DNA of 64,000 nucleotides from the human T2T-CHM13v2.0 reference genome, Homo sapiens (GCF_009914755.1 NC_060925.1), one strand, 5' to 3'. Positions 46,540 to 61,447 are shown, counted from the first letter of the stretch. The notes: a model not told the origin generated them from the letters alone. Made by a program: numbers and translations.

Positions 46540-47095
46540 ATATCAATTATCTACTGCTACGTAACAAACCCCCCAAAATATAGTGGCTTAAAACACGCAC
46601 TATTTATTTGGCTCCCCATTCTGTGGATTGGTCGAGCAGATTCTGGTCTGGATGAGCTCAGCTGATCTCTGCTGGCTCACTTGTGCATCTGCAGTTGGCT
46701 AGAAGGTTGACTGGTAGCTGGACAGTCTACAGTGGTCTCACTTACAGTCTAACCATTGGCAGGCTGTTGGCCAGGCAGACAGAGGACAGCTGGGCCATGC
46801 ATCTCTCATCAGCCATCAGGCTGACTTTGGCTTCTTCACATGGTAGTGGTGGCTGTGTGGGTCCCAAGATCAGTGAGAGTGGAAGTGGCAAGGTCTGTTG
46901 AGGTCTGGGTGTGGAAACTGCACAGCATCACTGCTGCCTCATTCTGTTAGTCAGAGCTGATCACAAGATCAGCCCAGATTCAAGGGGTAGAGAAACAGAT
47001 TTCTACTCTTGATTGGAAGGACCTACAGCATTATGTTGCAAAGAGTAAGATGCAGAGAAGGAAAGAGTTTGTAGCCATTTGTGCAGTCAGTCACA
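46540..47095 (-). mobile_element. Old MLT1-type LTR
   Basis: ctgctacgtaacaaaccccccaaaatatagtggcttaaaac...cagcccagattcaagggg. Confidence 0.7.
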
Positions 47096-47281
47096 CATTG
47101 TAAACCCCTTCTCCCATGAACATACCCTAAAACTCTTAGTGAGTTTTTAGGAATTATGATATGGGGTTTTATTATCTAAGAATTTATATAATTTAATGTT
47201 GGGAGTTCCGTCCTATTCTTGGAAATAGCTGTTACCAGGGAACAGTTAGTTTAATTCTGTTCCTAGTAGAAAACAGTCTTT

Positions 47282-47576
47282 TTTTTGTTTTTTTGAGACG
47301 GAGTCTCGCTTTGTCACCCGGGCTGAAGTGCAGTGGCGCTATCTTGGCTCACTGTAAGCTCCGCCTCCTGGGTTCACACCATTCTCCTGCCTCAGCCTCC
47401 TGAGTAGCTGGGACTCCAGGCGCCCACCACCATGCCCGGCGAATTTTTTTGTATTTTTAGTAGAGACGGGGTTTCACCGTGTTAGCAAGGATGGTCTCGA
47501 TCTCCTGACCTCATGATCCGCCCGCCTCGGCCTCCCAAAGTGCTGGGATTACAGGCGTGAGCCACCACACCCGGCC
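47282..47576 (-). mobile_element. AluY
   Basis: Y diagnostics; TSD gaaaacagtcttt on both sides. Confidence 0.93.
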
Positions 47577-49303
47577 GAAAACAGTCTTTTTAACTTCCTT
47601 TTGTTTTTTGGTGGGGTTAGCATTTAACTTGTAGCTTTCTGAGATGAATATAGAGGGTCTGTATGATTATTAACCATGTGATCTGTTAATATTTCCTATG
47701 ACAGCCATTATAGACTAAAGATAAACACACAGAGTTTGACTATTTAATTTACTTGACCAGTTACCTCAGTGCATTTTAAAGTATGTTTGTGTAACAAGAC
47801 GTTCATAATAATAACTAACATGTATTAAGTACTGTCTGTGAGACACTGCCTAAGTTATAGGTATCATCTTATTTAATTTTCATAACAACAAAAAACAAAA
47901 ATGTAGATATTATTAGTAGTACCATTTTAGAGATGAAGAAACTTGTGCTTAGAAATTTACAAATGTGCCCAGGGCCACGTGACCAGTGCTCTTCTCTAAG
48001 GTTCAACAAAGACGATATCATAATTCAGACTGCAGATCTGCCAACATTCAAATGGCTCTAGTCCTCGAGTGTTATTTTCTAACTCCGCTTTTAGATGCAC
48101 CATTGTATAGCCCTTACAACTGGGCCTGTCCCTTCTGTAGATGTGGGAGTAGCTGAACTCCACAGAACCCCAGGTTACACACTAAGGACACAGGTTGTTA
48201 GGGCTCCTGGATGAGGGTAAGTGTGTTTATTTTAAACCACGTGCTTTTGGCTATTGAGCTTATGATTTCAAAGGTGAAAGCTTAAGCACGTTATTAGACT
48301 TCTCAAGGAGAGTTCCCCTAGATTGGGAGAAAAGTTGACATTGGGTAATATTAAATCTTTCTTTTAAAACCAGGGCTATTTTGTTGTTGTTTACAATTTT
48401 AAGAGTCTAGACTGAAAGAGTCATGAAATGCAGCCACCTATCTGACCTCTTCCCCCAACAGTTAGGGAATTCGCTCTGCCCCCAGGCCACCCAACCTTCC
48501 CTTGCTCTCCTGAATGGGACCCTGACAATTCCCTGGAATTGTAACCTCTTCCTTACTGCTGAGGCTGAGAAGAGGATCTTTTCTACTTTACTCCATTTAG
48601 GGTTTTTCTTTATATCTGTGTAGATTGTGGCTTTTTGTTTTTTCTTTTTAATTTTATTTTAAAACAGGAAGAACAGTTATCTGATATTAAAAATCAAGGA
48701 AGCAATATTTGTATTGGTCACAATACGCTCAGACTAAAAGAATTATGCTGTAAGTAGTTGTATTGAAGAATATTTGAAGTGCTTTTAAACTATTTGTTTA
48801 AAACTATACCTATTTGTATAACGTGACCAGATCAAATTGATTGTATCTTTGGGTGGCACCAAATATGTTGGTTTCTTGCATGGATTGATTATTCTGAAGC
48901 TCATGATTTCTGTGGGTCTCAGGTGCGTGGAAGTTCCCATCTTAGTCCTTAAGACTCTTACCCCAATTGTAAGAGCTGAGGAATTCTGTGATAGCTATTA
49001 AGATAAGAGATATTCCTAAGAAGGAATATATTATTACAGAAATTTTCAAACATCAAAAAGGTTTGAAAGAATAATGTAACAAAGCCCCATGTACTTGCTT
49101 TAACTATTGTCAACGTATGTCCAATCTTGTTTCAAAGTCAGTCCTGGATGTATCATCCATAAGAAGTCTTCCTGAAGACATTCAAGAGGGAAGTCTTTGC
49201 TTTGGAACCCTGATGTGATCACGTTAATCATTGCTTCTATGCCTGTAGCTGAAGGAACCGCCAGCGTTTTCAGTCCTCTAATCCTTCTGCTTCCCTTTTC
49301 CAG

Positions 49304-49405
49304 GGCCCAGTCATATATGCACAGTTAGACCACTCCGGCGGACATCACAGTGACAAGATTAACAAGTCAGAGTCTGTGGTGTATGCGGATATCCGAAAGA
49401 ATTAA
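49304..49405 (+). CDS. MPZL1: MPZL1 coding part of last exon 6: two ITIMs (VIYAQL, VVYADI) and TAA stop
   Basis: ttcccttttccag|GGCCCAGTC...AAGAATTAA; GPVIYAQLDHSGGHHSDKINKSESVVYADIRKN*. Confidence 0.97.
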   Translation, partial: GPVIYAQLDHSGGHHSDKINKSESVVYADIRKN

Positions 49406-50362
49406 GAGAATACCTAGAACATATCCTCAGCAAGAAACAAAACCAAACTGGACTCTCGTGCAGAAAATGTAGCCCATTACCACATGTAGCCTTGGAGACC
49501 CAGGCAAGGACAAGTACACGTGTACTCACAGAGGGAGAGAAAGATGTGTACAAAGGATATGTATAAATATTCTATTTAGTCATCCTGATATGAGGAGCCA
49601 GTGTTGCATGATGAAAAGATGGTATGATTCTACATATGTACCCATTGTCTTGCTGTTTTTGTACTTTCTTTTCAGGTCATTTACAATTGGGAGATTTCAG
49701 AAACATTCCTTTCACCATCATTTAGAAATGGTTTGCCTTAATGGAGACAATAGCAGATCCTGTAGTATTTCCAGTAGACATGGCCTTTTAATCTAAGGGC
49801 TTAAGACTGATTAGTCTTAGCATTTACTGTAGTTGGAGGATGGAGATGCTATGATGGAAGCATACCCAGGGTGGCCTTTAGCACAGTATCAGTACCATTT
49901 ATTTGTCTGCCGCTTTTAAAAAATACCCATTGGCTATGCCACTTGAAAACAATTTGAGAAGTTTTTTTGAAGTTTTTCTCACTAAAATATGGGGCAATTG
50001 TTAGCCTTACATGTTGTGTAGACTTACTTTAAGTTTGCACCCTTGAAATGTGTCATATCAATTTCTGGATTCATAATAGCAAGATTAGCAAAGGATAAAT
50101 GCCGAAGGTCACTTCATTCTGGACACAGTTGGATCAATACTGATTAAGTAGAAAATCCAAGCTTTGCTTGAGAACTTTTGTAACGTGGAGAGTAAAAAGT
50201 ATCGGTTTTATTCTTTGCTGATGTCCTTTCTGCTTGAAATAACAGTCACCATACAGCTAAAGGAGAGGAGTTTCTTTCCTTCTAAGTAGGCAGAAATGGT
50301 ATCATTATGTTGCCGCTCTCCAATCTCCCAGAGCTCGCTCTCTAGAGAATCACCTTCTTTCG

Positions 50363-50496
50363 CTTTTTTTTTTTTTTTTGAGGTAGAGTCTCACTATGTT
50401 GCCCAGACTAGCCTTGAACTCTTGGGCTCAAGTGATTCTCCCTCCTCAGCCTCCCGAGTAGCTGGAACGAACTATAGTTGCACCACTGCAGCTGGC
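50363..50496 (-). mobile_element. FLAM Alu monomer in the 3'UTR
   Basis: 15-bp TSD agaatcaccttcttt at 50346-50360 and 50498-50512. Confidence 0.88.
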
Positions 50497-52263
50497 AAGA
50501 ATCACCTTCTTTATAAAGCGTCAGTCATGCTTCCAGCAAGAGGCAGCATCAGTCATGGCTTTATAACAGCTTCATGGTGCCTCAAAGACTGTTGAGGTTA
50601 ATGAGAGCCTAGATTAGACAGTTTGGCTGTCCTTCCCTAAAACTTGTTTTCTCCTATTCACTACTCCCCACCGCACTTAAAATCTATGAGTTTTTACTTT
50701 TTACTGGGAATGGAAAGTGTGGTGAAGATCATTCAACACTTATGTTGTCATTTCTCCCATTTTCTGAATTTTTTTTTAAATTTCCCCCCTTTTAAAATTG
50801 TTCGAAAGCCCACAGTTATGGAAAGAATTACTGTCTAGATGGTCTGCAGAACGTGTTTGGGGTGAGTGGGAGTGAGGGGCAATGTTACTTTTTCTCCCTG
50901 TAGTTTGGAGTCCATTATGAGCTGCTGCTTTTTCTTCTCATCTTGTCATCTTCTGGGGATGTTTGAAGGCTGAGTTCCAACAGAATTCACAAAGGGAATA
51001 AAACAGGATTGAGATTTTGAGGTGTGCACAAGGTGGTAAGATAAAGGGCATATGAGCTTCAAAACTAATGCTGTTGCATACATGAAGCCTTTTGTTTTTT
51101 GAGGAGCTATTTTTGTTATTCTTGTAACGCTCCACCTTACATGCCACATCTGTGTGAGTCAACAGGGATCAGGTTTGGTCACCACACATGTCTGAAGCTG
51201 GGCAGCGTCTGCTCTGTGTTCTGTGTGGAATGGAGAAAAAAACGCCTGCCCTGCTGCCTTCCATGTTCATAGGCCCAGCCCAAGAGAGTGACACACAGTG
51301 CTGGCCCTGAGACATTTCCACAAAGTGGTCAACTCTGCCTTGCATCCTAAAACTTTTTGGGCATCTATTTTGAAAACTATAGGAGCCTTTGGAAGGCCTC
51401 TTATGTTTGGAGGGGAAGGGTGTTGAGATTGTCACCATCCTTCAAGCTGAGACTCCTGGTGAGCCTTTGCCACCATGAAAACCACATAGCTGACCAGGGC
51501 TGTGCTTGAGGTACAGAGGACACACATTGTAGACAGGCCTGTGTCATGTTTCCTTACAGTCGTTTTTTACAGAGAAAAGGGGCATTGTTTTTTCACTGCT
51601 TTCTCAACAGTTCCTGTGAATAAATGAAACATTTCGGAGCTCCCTGAGAGCAAGAGCCTTCACTTCTTCTTGCGGTGCCGGGACCATGTGTTGGTGAAGC
51701 TGGTGCTGTGGGGGCCACTCACTCGAATGACACCTGGAGGCCTGTTCCTCCCTTACCACTCCCTTCCCCAGCCCGACTTCTTGGCCTCCTGCCCAACCAG
51801 ACACCTCAAACTCTGTCAGTGCCCTGGCATTCTGGCAGAGAATCCTCACCAGTTCTCACCAACCTTCCCCCCAGGCAAGGGCAGCTGCCAGCATGGTGCT
51901 CTGCCAGGACAGGTTTCCCTGAAGGAAGCTGCTCACACTGAGATGAGCCTCTCAGGGCAGGACCTCTTCCCAAGCCCTGCACACCCACCCCTGCAGCCCT
52001 TTTGGCTCCCCTTTTCCCTGTGCCTCAGCACTCCTTTCCTGGTTGCAGATAACGAACTAAGGTTGCCTAAAGGGCAGATCTGCCCTCTCCATGTCTTCGT
52101 CCTGGCAAACAGGGTCGTCTTAAAATTATGCGCTAATTCTGTATGGGAGCACTCAAAAGGCATTACTTAGAGATTGAAATTTCAAACTATCTCTAGTTTT
52201 TCAATGGAAATATATCAGCTAGGGAAAAACCATCAAGCTCATTATTATTTTTTGATCTTCAGT

Positions 52264-52320
52264 TGTATTTTTGTGAATATTTTAATACATCTTTTTCAAT
52301 TTCTGAATTGTGTTGTGTGC
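52264..52320 (+). terminator. Proximal polyadenylation site (variant AATACA signal)
   Basis: TGTA 52264, U-rich upstream element, AATACA 52284-52289, GU-rich downstream element tgtgttgtgtg 52309-52319. Confidence 0.6.
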
Positions 52321-52389
52321 TCATTTTGACCAGAATAGAAAAAGAGATATGCCTTTCACTCATATCATTCCAGCTACACCTGCCTTCTT

Positions 52390-53140
52390 TTCTTCAAAAA
52401 TGCCGTCCGTGTGCCTGCTTCTGGGCCTTTGCACATGCTGTTCCCTGGGCCTGAAGCATGCCTTCTGCCAATATTCCTGTGGTTTGCTCTCTGACTTCCT
52501 TTAAGCCTCTGCTCAAATGTTACCTCCTCAGGGAGACCTTCTGTGATATATAAAAGAGCAAGCCCCCCACCCCACCGCCTCAGCCTTCCTGGCCCCCTCA
52601 GTTCTGCTCTAGTTACTCTATTTCTCTCCCTCTTTCCCAGTACACACTTGTCTGTTCTCCCGCATTAGAACATAGTTAACAAGAGACCAGAACCTTGCTG
52701 TTTTGTTCACTGCTCCGTCTGCAGTAAAGGGAACAGCACCTGGCACTTAGCTGCTCAATACATGTTACGTGGATGGATGAGTAGGTGGAAGCATTCATCC
52801 ATTCAGCAACCTACACTGAGAACAATCCTGTGCCAAGCACTGTGCTAAGCATAAGGAAACAAAACAAGACAAAGCTCCTCAAGGAGCTTGCCACAGGGTG
52901 GAGGTGACAGGTGACATGAATGGAAGTAACTAGTAGTTACCAAATACTTGGTGTGAGCCAGGCACTTTGCATTTCTTTCTCTATTATTTCTGTGAGTTAA
53001 CAGTAATTGTACTAATCTTAATCCCATTGTTTGAAAGATTATATGGCTTACCCAGGGCCACTTAGCTAATAAAGGAACAGAGAAGAGGGGCTGGGCCTGG
53101 GGCCGCTGTTTGATCCACAGCCTTGTTCCTAACCACTATG
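52390..53140. mobile_element. L2 3' end (+), L2 3' end (-) and MIR in the distal 3'UTR
   Basis: gggcctttgcacatgctgttccc...ctgctcaaatgttacctcctcagggagaccttc (L2+); cattcatccattcagcaac...tgtgccaagcactgtgct (L2-). Confidence 0.7.
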
Positions 53141-53381
53141 CCCTGTGGCCTCTCACACCAAAAGGAAGTACCAAACTGCTTCCTTACTCAAATAAATGTG
53201 CTGAAATGCAGTTGCAGTTTTCTCCCAGTCCCTTAGGAGCTGGTTAGAGAGTCCCTTAGGAACTTGAGAGGGTAGTGTAGTCTAGGTGGTAGGCACAGAT
53301 GTCTGAGAGCTTTAACCTCAGTCTGGAAGACAATGTGGTGACTTAATTTGTTGAGAACTATGTTACAAATAATGTGTTACT

Positions 53382-53410
53382 AATAAAACATTGAGGCTTC
53401 GCAGTGACTT
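53382..53410 (+). terminator. Distal polyadenylation signal AATAAA
   Basis: AATAAA 53382-53387 with a CA about 15 nt downstream, followed by AT-rich sequence. Confidence 0.65.
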
Positions 53411-54113
53411 AGTAATTTTATAAATTACCATGGATTCACAATGAGCCCCTGCCTTGCATAACTTTGGGCTTGCAAAACCTAATGCGTTCTTGAGTGGGAG
53501 AAGATGAGTTACAGCTGGCAGGAACTCCCCTGGGAGTAATTCTCACATGTGAACAGCATCCATCTTGCGTGATGTGACAAAAAGAAAAGGGATGCTTCCT
53601 TCACCACACAAGGGCAGCAGTGAGTGATGGAATCACATTTTTGTCATCTCTGCAATTCCTTCCAAGTCAGCACTAAGTGTCGGAGGGCATCCACCTGCTG
53701 GGGCTCTGGTTTCCAAGCTACATAGGGGCCTTGCCAACCAAAGATGGACTTTTTATTTATGAGAGCAGCTTCCACCCCTGAGGGAGCTGAGTTGAGCAGT
53801 GTTTAGAGGAAACTCAGATACTCTCTCACCCCAGTTGGCTCCCTTCTGACCCCTCTGGGTAGTTCCTGTGCTAACTGGACTGGGGAACCACTGACTTCAT
53901 CCTCCCACTGTGCAGGAAAGGCGAGGGAGCAGCCACGGGGAGGAAAGTGGCATCTGTGGTATTGGTAGAGCTGGTGGTAGGAGCCAACCATCTGCTTTTA
54001 TGGCGGGTTCTCCCCTGCACTTTCCTCTTGCATAGTCAAGATATTGTATGAACAATTTCAATATATTTTGTTTTTTTGTAGAATTACTTTAATGAAATTA
54101 CCCTTTGATATAA

Positions 54114-54369
<256 letters not shown>

Positions 54370-54537
54370 TAATTCTATCAGCCTACATTGAAGTATGTCA
54401 TAAAAAAGAGTCCTAGGAAACTAGCTACTTATTGTACTTTACTGCCAGCATGGCTTTGAGAACGTTATTCCCTGTCATACATTTTTCAATGTTATAAAGA
54501 CCCACAGCACAAATATCTCTCTGGATTTAATACCAGA

Positions 54538-55351
<814 letters not shown>

Positions 55352-56735
55352 TGACTTGTCACTGATTGTATTTGTCTCTTTGCTTTTGCTATTCTCTAGG
55401 TCCTAGCCAAATTTGTGGGTCACTTTCTACCACTGTACACAGATTGTACACTCCATATACACTTTGTACATTAACTTTACTCATAGCTTTATGTGTATCT
55501 TGGATTATGTTCAGCTCTATGATCTGTCTCAGTTTTTTCCAGTGATACAATAATAGATGTGTCCTGATTTAGATAGAGAAAGTAGGTAGGCAGAGATTCT
55601 GGCCATGGCATCAGAGATTCATAATGCCAACCACAGACTTACTCTTGACTCCACAAAAACCATTTCACAAATTCCTATTGTTGCCCAAAAGAGGTGAAAA
55701 TAAAAGTATATGACTGGCTGAGTGTAACAAAACTACATGACAGGAATTACGACTCACATACAGCCTGGAGTCACCTTTCTGTTACACCCTGTTCATCAGT
55801 GATGGAAAGGCAGCTTCCTATGTGCTGAAAGTTCATCTCTCTTATTGCAGGTATGATTTCCACTGGTATTAATGAGCTTGAAATATGAAGGCCACTTAAA
55901 TTTCCCAGAGGTGTCAAGTGATGTGGGGATTTCAGAGCATGTATCAACTCACTTCAGCAATATTAGCATTTTTGTTTGAAATACCCAGTTAGACAGGAAA
56001 CTTGAAAGATAATTGTTTCAATTATTTGTATCATCATACTGAAAATTGCTTAAAACGTTCTGGTTGTTCCTTGAAGACATTAAAAGAATAGATCCTATTA
56101 ATGCCCCATAGGTTATTTGATCCTTTTGGAAATGAAAAGATTGACTGATGATTGATTGAATTTTCTGCTTTTTATTAAATTGGTGAGATGGCAAAAAAAG
56201 AAAAATGTAAACATATACAAAAGAAGAGAGAATAGTAAAATCAACCTGCATACACTTATTATCTTCAATACTTATTTTATCCAGCCCCTTTTTTCTTTTT
56301 TCCTCTTTTCTGAATTATTTTAAAACAAATCCCAAAATCATGTAAGTGCACCCCTACATTCTTCACTGTGCATCTTTTAAAAATGTGGACATTTTCTTAC
56401 ATAATCACAATATCTTGTCACATTTAACAAAAACCTGTCCTAAAACACATTTTTTACAAACAAAATCCTTGGTTTTATATATTATTACCCAGTTAATATT
56501 CAAGTTTCCCTTGTCTTAAAAAATGGCATTTTACAAGTGGTTTCTTCCAGTCAGGATCCAAACATAGTTCTGGTAAAGTTTTTTTTTTTTTTTTTTTTTT
56601 GCCTATTTTTAAACCCAAAATGGGATCATGGTGCTCTGCAGTTTGCTTTCTTCCCTTAGCATTATGGCAGAGAAGTTTCAGCATGAAGAACTAGGTCATT
56701 AGATAATAGCACCTGCAGGACTTTGTCTTTTGTAG

Positions 56736-57058
<323 letters not shown>

Positions 57059-58050
57059 TTTGCATTTTAAACCATTTCTGATCTTCTGGATAGGTTGTTT
57101 CCAGTTGTTTTGTTATTGGCTATTACAAGTAGTGCTGTAATTGTCATTTGCCTTCATGAGCTATTAAGGAAGAAAAGCCAAATAATTTGCAGGCTCAGAG
57201 AAGCAACACAGAATCAGTCACGTCCTTGGCCTTGGAAATGGGATCTAATATCTGAGAGCGATGAAAGTGGCTCACAAGCTCCCCTGCCCTCCTCACATCC
57301 TTCCTAAAGCCATCAGGAGCTGGCCACAGAGCACACTGGCTGCTCTCAAGTTTGACTGAGTCTTGGGTTGTTAGAAAAACAACTGGGAGTGGAAGGCAGG
57401 AGGGAGCTCTAGAATCCACGGGAGACCTGGCTGTGTTTGCAAAGAAGAAAACATAGACGTAAAGCCCAAAGGGGTCCGTAGGGAACTGCTGCTTCCAGCT
57501 TCCATTTCCTCCTGCAAACAGGATGTGAAGCTATTGTCCCTTCTTGGCTCAGGCTTTTGGATTTGTTTGTCCATCCATTTCTTCACTGTGGCCTTTGTGG
57601 AGCTGGCCTTTAGTGTTGCAGAATATAAGGAAGGGCTGGGTTTGTTTGTTTGTTTGTCTTTTAAAATCTCCCTACCTCTGTGAAGAGGATGTGGTGCAGA
57701 TTTGCTTTCAAGCCTTGCCCTCCGTGCTGTGGGGCTGACAAAATTCTGGTTACTTTGCCCTTCAGGGCATTAAATGATTTCAGGTATTTATACCTGAGTC
57801 ACTGCTCTGCTATGGGAGCGGGGGATAGAACAGCTAAAAACCATCTTAAGGCCTGAGGTTTCTCATTCTGTGATAAGGACTCCAAGGAAACTGAATTTCA
57901 ATACTAGAGTACATTGTTGGTTCTTTCTCTGCCTTTGAATAGAATTATTTTTTAAATTACAAAGTTTCTTTTAAAAGAAAGAACTTTTAAATATATTTTG
58001 TAGGGAATCTCTTAGAAGGTACAATAGATTCATAGGAATGTGGAACATTT

Positions 58051-58367
58051 GGCCGGGTGCAGTGGCTCATGCCTGTAATCCCAACAATTTGGGAGGCCGA
58101 GGCAGGCGGATCACTTGAGGTCAGGAGTTAAAGACCAGCCTGGTCAACATGGTGAAACCCCATCTCTACTAAAAATACAAAAAATTAGCCGGGGGCGGTG
58201 GCATGCTCCTGTAGTCCCAGCTACTCGGGAGGCTGAGCGGGGAGAAGGGGAGAATCACTTGAACCCAGGAGGTGGAGGTTGCAGTGAGCTGAGATCGTGC
58301 CATTGTACTCCAGCCTGGGCAACAAGCGAGACTCCGTCTCAAAAAAAAAAAAAAAAAAAAAAAAAAA
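58051..58367 (+). mobile_element. AluS
   Basis: TSD gaatgtggaacattt at 58036-58050 and 58368-58382. Confidence 0.93.
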
Positions 58368-59487
58368 GAATGTGGAACATTTTACAAAATCTCGTCCATG
58401 ATCTTGCCGGCCCAGCAGAATCCCAGATGTTTGTCTATAACGCGTCTGGATGTTCCTATCTGAGAAAAAGCCTTAGTCTTTTACTTGTAAGCTATTCCTG
58501 AAGAAGGTTGCCTCAGCAGGGGAAAACTTTCTGAAAAGCTTGATCAAGTACCTGGGTCCCAAGAATGTCAAGCATCTGTGGAACACACAGTTCCCAGCAG
58601 CCAGCAAGTCCCACACTGCTCAGTGTCCTGCAGCCAAGGAAGCTGAACTGAGCTCATGGGGTTACAGGAAGATGAAACAACACTGCCTCACTGGCAAGGA
58701 GATCACACTGCTGAGTGCTGCCTGAGTCCCTCTGACACACCAGGCTCTTGGAGAGGAGGTCGTGGTAATCATTTAATGCTGACTAATTGAGGTTGAGCAA
58801 GAGAGAAAAATACCCGAGGGAGATACATGAAATAAACTTAGGAGGAGAGCTTGTACTTGGCTGGAAATAACTGGCCTTCTTCCATATCCTCTCTAAAAAA
58901 TACCATAAGAGAAAGTAAAAAATTTGTGGTTTCTATTGTAAATTGTGTTGATTCAAATTAATTTCAAGCTTTTAGATTGTAGTTCTATGGCTACCCATCA
59001 CACCTCCTCCTCCCATCAGTAGGCATGCCATTAAAGTCACGGCAAAATGCAGGTTCTTCTGGTAGAGGCAGAGAGGTCATATGAAGGAGGATAGAGAAAT
59101 AGGAGCAGCTTAGCCAATGTAGTACCTGTGCATTAGACTAATATCTAATCTGTTACTAAGCACTAAATTGATATCCTGGAATCACAAGAATTGGATAACT
59201 ACATATTGATAAAAGGGTTTGCCTCTCCAGCCTGATATATTTTCTCTTATATATTAGTACCTCTCTTCTCATCCAAGTTGATATCATTCTGTGCTATAGA
59301 AACATCTCAGTTCAACCTTCGGTGGCTTTGTTTTGGCATGTTAAGGTTAATGGAGATAGGCACAGACCTACACTGTACTACATGGCAGCCACTGGCTACA
59401 TGTGGCCATTTAATTTTGTTTGTTTGTTTGTTTGTTTTAGACAGGGGATTCTGCTGGGCCGGCAAGATCTTGGACAAGGTTTTGTAA

Positions 59488-59851
<364 letters not shown>

Positions 59852-60102
59852 TGAGTGCAATGGTGCAATCACAGCTCACTACAGCCTCAAACTCCTGGGT
59901 TCGAGCAGTCCTCCCGCCTCAGCCTCCTGAGAGCTGGGACTACAGATGCATGCCACCACACCTGACTAATTTTTTTTTAATTAATTTTTTGTAGAGACTG
60001 GATCTTGCTCTGTTGCCCAGGCTGGTCTTGAGCTTCTGGGCTCAATCAGTCCTCCTGCCTCAATGTCCTAAAGTGCTGGGATTAGCCTTGGCAACATGGT
60101 GA

Positions 60103-60760
60103 TGTTCTCAAACCAAACTGAGGGTCAGGCTGCTATGTCTCGCAGCCCAATAATGAGATGCAGATGAACTGGGGAGGAAGAGAGTTTTTATTTCTGTAAC
60201 CAGTTACAGGGAGAAGGCCTGGAAATTATTGCCAGAACAACTCAAAATTACGAAGTTTTTCAGAGTGTATATACCTTCAAGCTATATGTCTGTGTGTAAG
60301 TGTGCATTAATCTAAAGACATAAGTGATTAACTTCTTTTAATCTATGACTAAGGTCTGAGTCCTGAAGACCTTCTTCTGGAGCCTCAGTAAATTTACTTA
60401 ATGTAAATAGGTGTAGGTGCTGGGGTGATTACCCTTATCTTGTCTCCTGTTAAATCATAAAGGTTTGGGGAGTTCCTTTAGATCCCAGTAAACTTGTTTG
60501 TGGAGGCCTGGGGAGTTTCTTCAGACCCCCAATAAAACTTGTTTAATCGTAAAAGGGTCCTGTTAAGAATTCCTTCATTATCTTGTCATGCTTCAAGGCC
60601 CAGGAAAAGCCTAGGCACAACTCTTGGTGGGCTCTTTGTTACATTCCGCCCTTTGTATAAGGGCACTGGCTCAATCAGCTTTAATGTTTAACCTAGCTAC
60701 TCAGTCAGAGCTGGGACAGTTGTAATGGAGGCCTGCGTTAGTGAGACCTGGCTTGCCACA
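60103..60760 (-). mobile_element. ERV1 solo LTR (PABL-like) inside a 5'-truncated sense Alu (60085-60970)
   Basis: TG...CA, 658 bp, 4-bp TSD gtga at 60099-60102 and 60761-60764; reverse complement begins tgtggcaagccaggtctcactaacgcaggcctcc. Confidence 0.75.
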
Positions 60761-61447
60761 GTGATACCCTGTCTCTACAAAAAAAAATACATAAAAAAAT
60801 AGCCGGGTGTGGTGGCACATGCCTGTAGTCCCAACTGCTCAGGATGCTCAGGTGGGGGGGCTGCTTCAGCCCAGGAAGCGGAGGCTATAGTGAGCCGTGA
60901 TTGTGCCACTGCACTGAAGCCTGGGTGACTGAGAGAGACCCCATCTCAAAAAAAAAAAAAAAAAAAAAAAGTGCTGGGATTACAGGCATGAGCCACCGCA
61001 CCCAGCTAAACTTAATTAAAATTAATAACATTTAAAATTTATATCTCTAGTCACATTACCATACTGCAAGTGTTCAGTGGCTACATGTGTGTCTTGTGAC
61101 TACCATATTGATCAGTGCAGATACAGAACATTTCCTTCATTGCAGAAAGTTCTATTGGATGACACTGGTGCAGACCACACAGGGGTTGGCAACGTTTTAG
61201 ATAGTTGTGTCAGGTTATATGCACACAAGCTCAGAATCCTCCATAGCCTTTTTTTTTTCATGGTGGGGATGGGGGTACCCCCCACAGCAGTGGTCTGGTG
61301 GCTGACACTTTCTCGTGGATAGACAGCATACACTCTTTACTCACTCAATATAATTTATAGCCTATGATGTCCCACACATTGCAAAGTGCTACAATGCATC
61401 TGAGAACAAGATAGAGCTTGCTGAAGGTCTTCTAAGCTTTGACCTTA

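Larger units (their letters stand above)
49406..53407 (+). other. MPZL1: MPZL1 3'UTR (long form)
   Basis: Follows the stop codon; mostly unique sequence up to ~52.3 kb, then L2/MIR-derived; ends near AATAAA 53382. Confidence 0.75.

Noticed and set aside
49403-49412. Stop-codon readthrough by analogy with the paralogue MPZ (L-MPZ)
   Set aside because: The stop is TAA followed by GAG, a non-leaky context; no evidence in sequence
51670-52170. Longest ORF in the window (166 aa, TTG start)
   Set aside because: Lies in the GC-richer part of the 3'UTR, lacks an ATG start and recognisable domain; compatible with chance
53228-53261. 12-bp direct repeat agtcccttagga with 10-nt spacer
   Set aside because: Only two copies; ordinary micro-duplication, not an array or CRISPR-like structure
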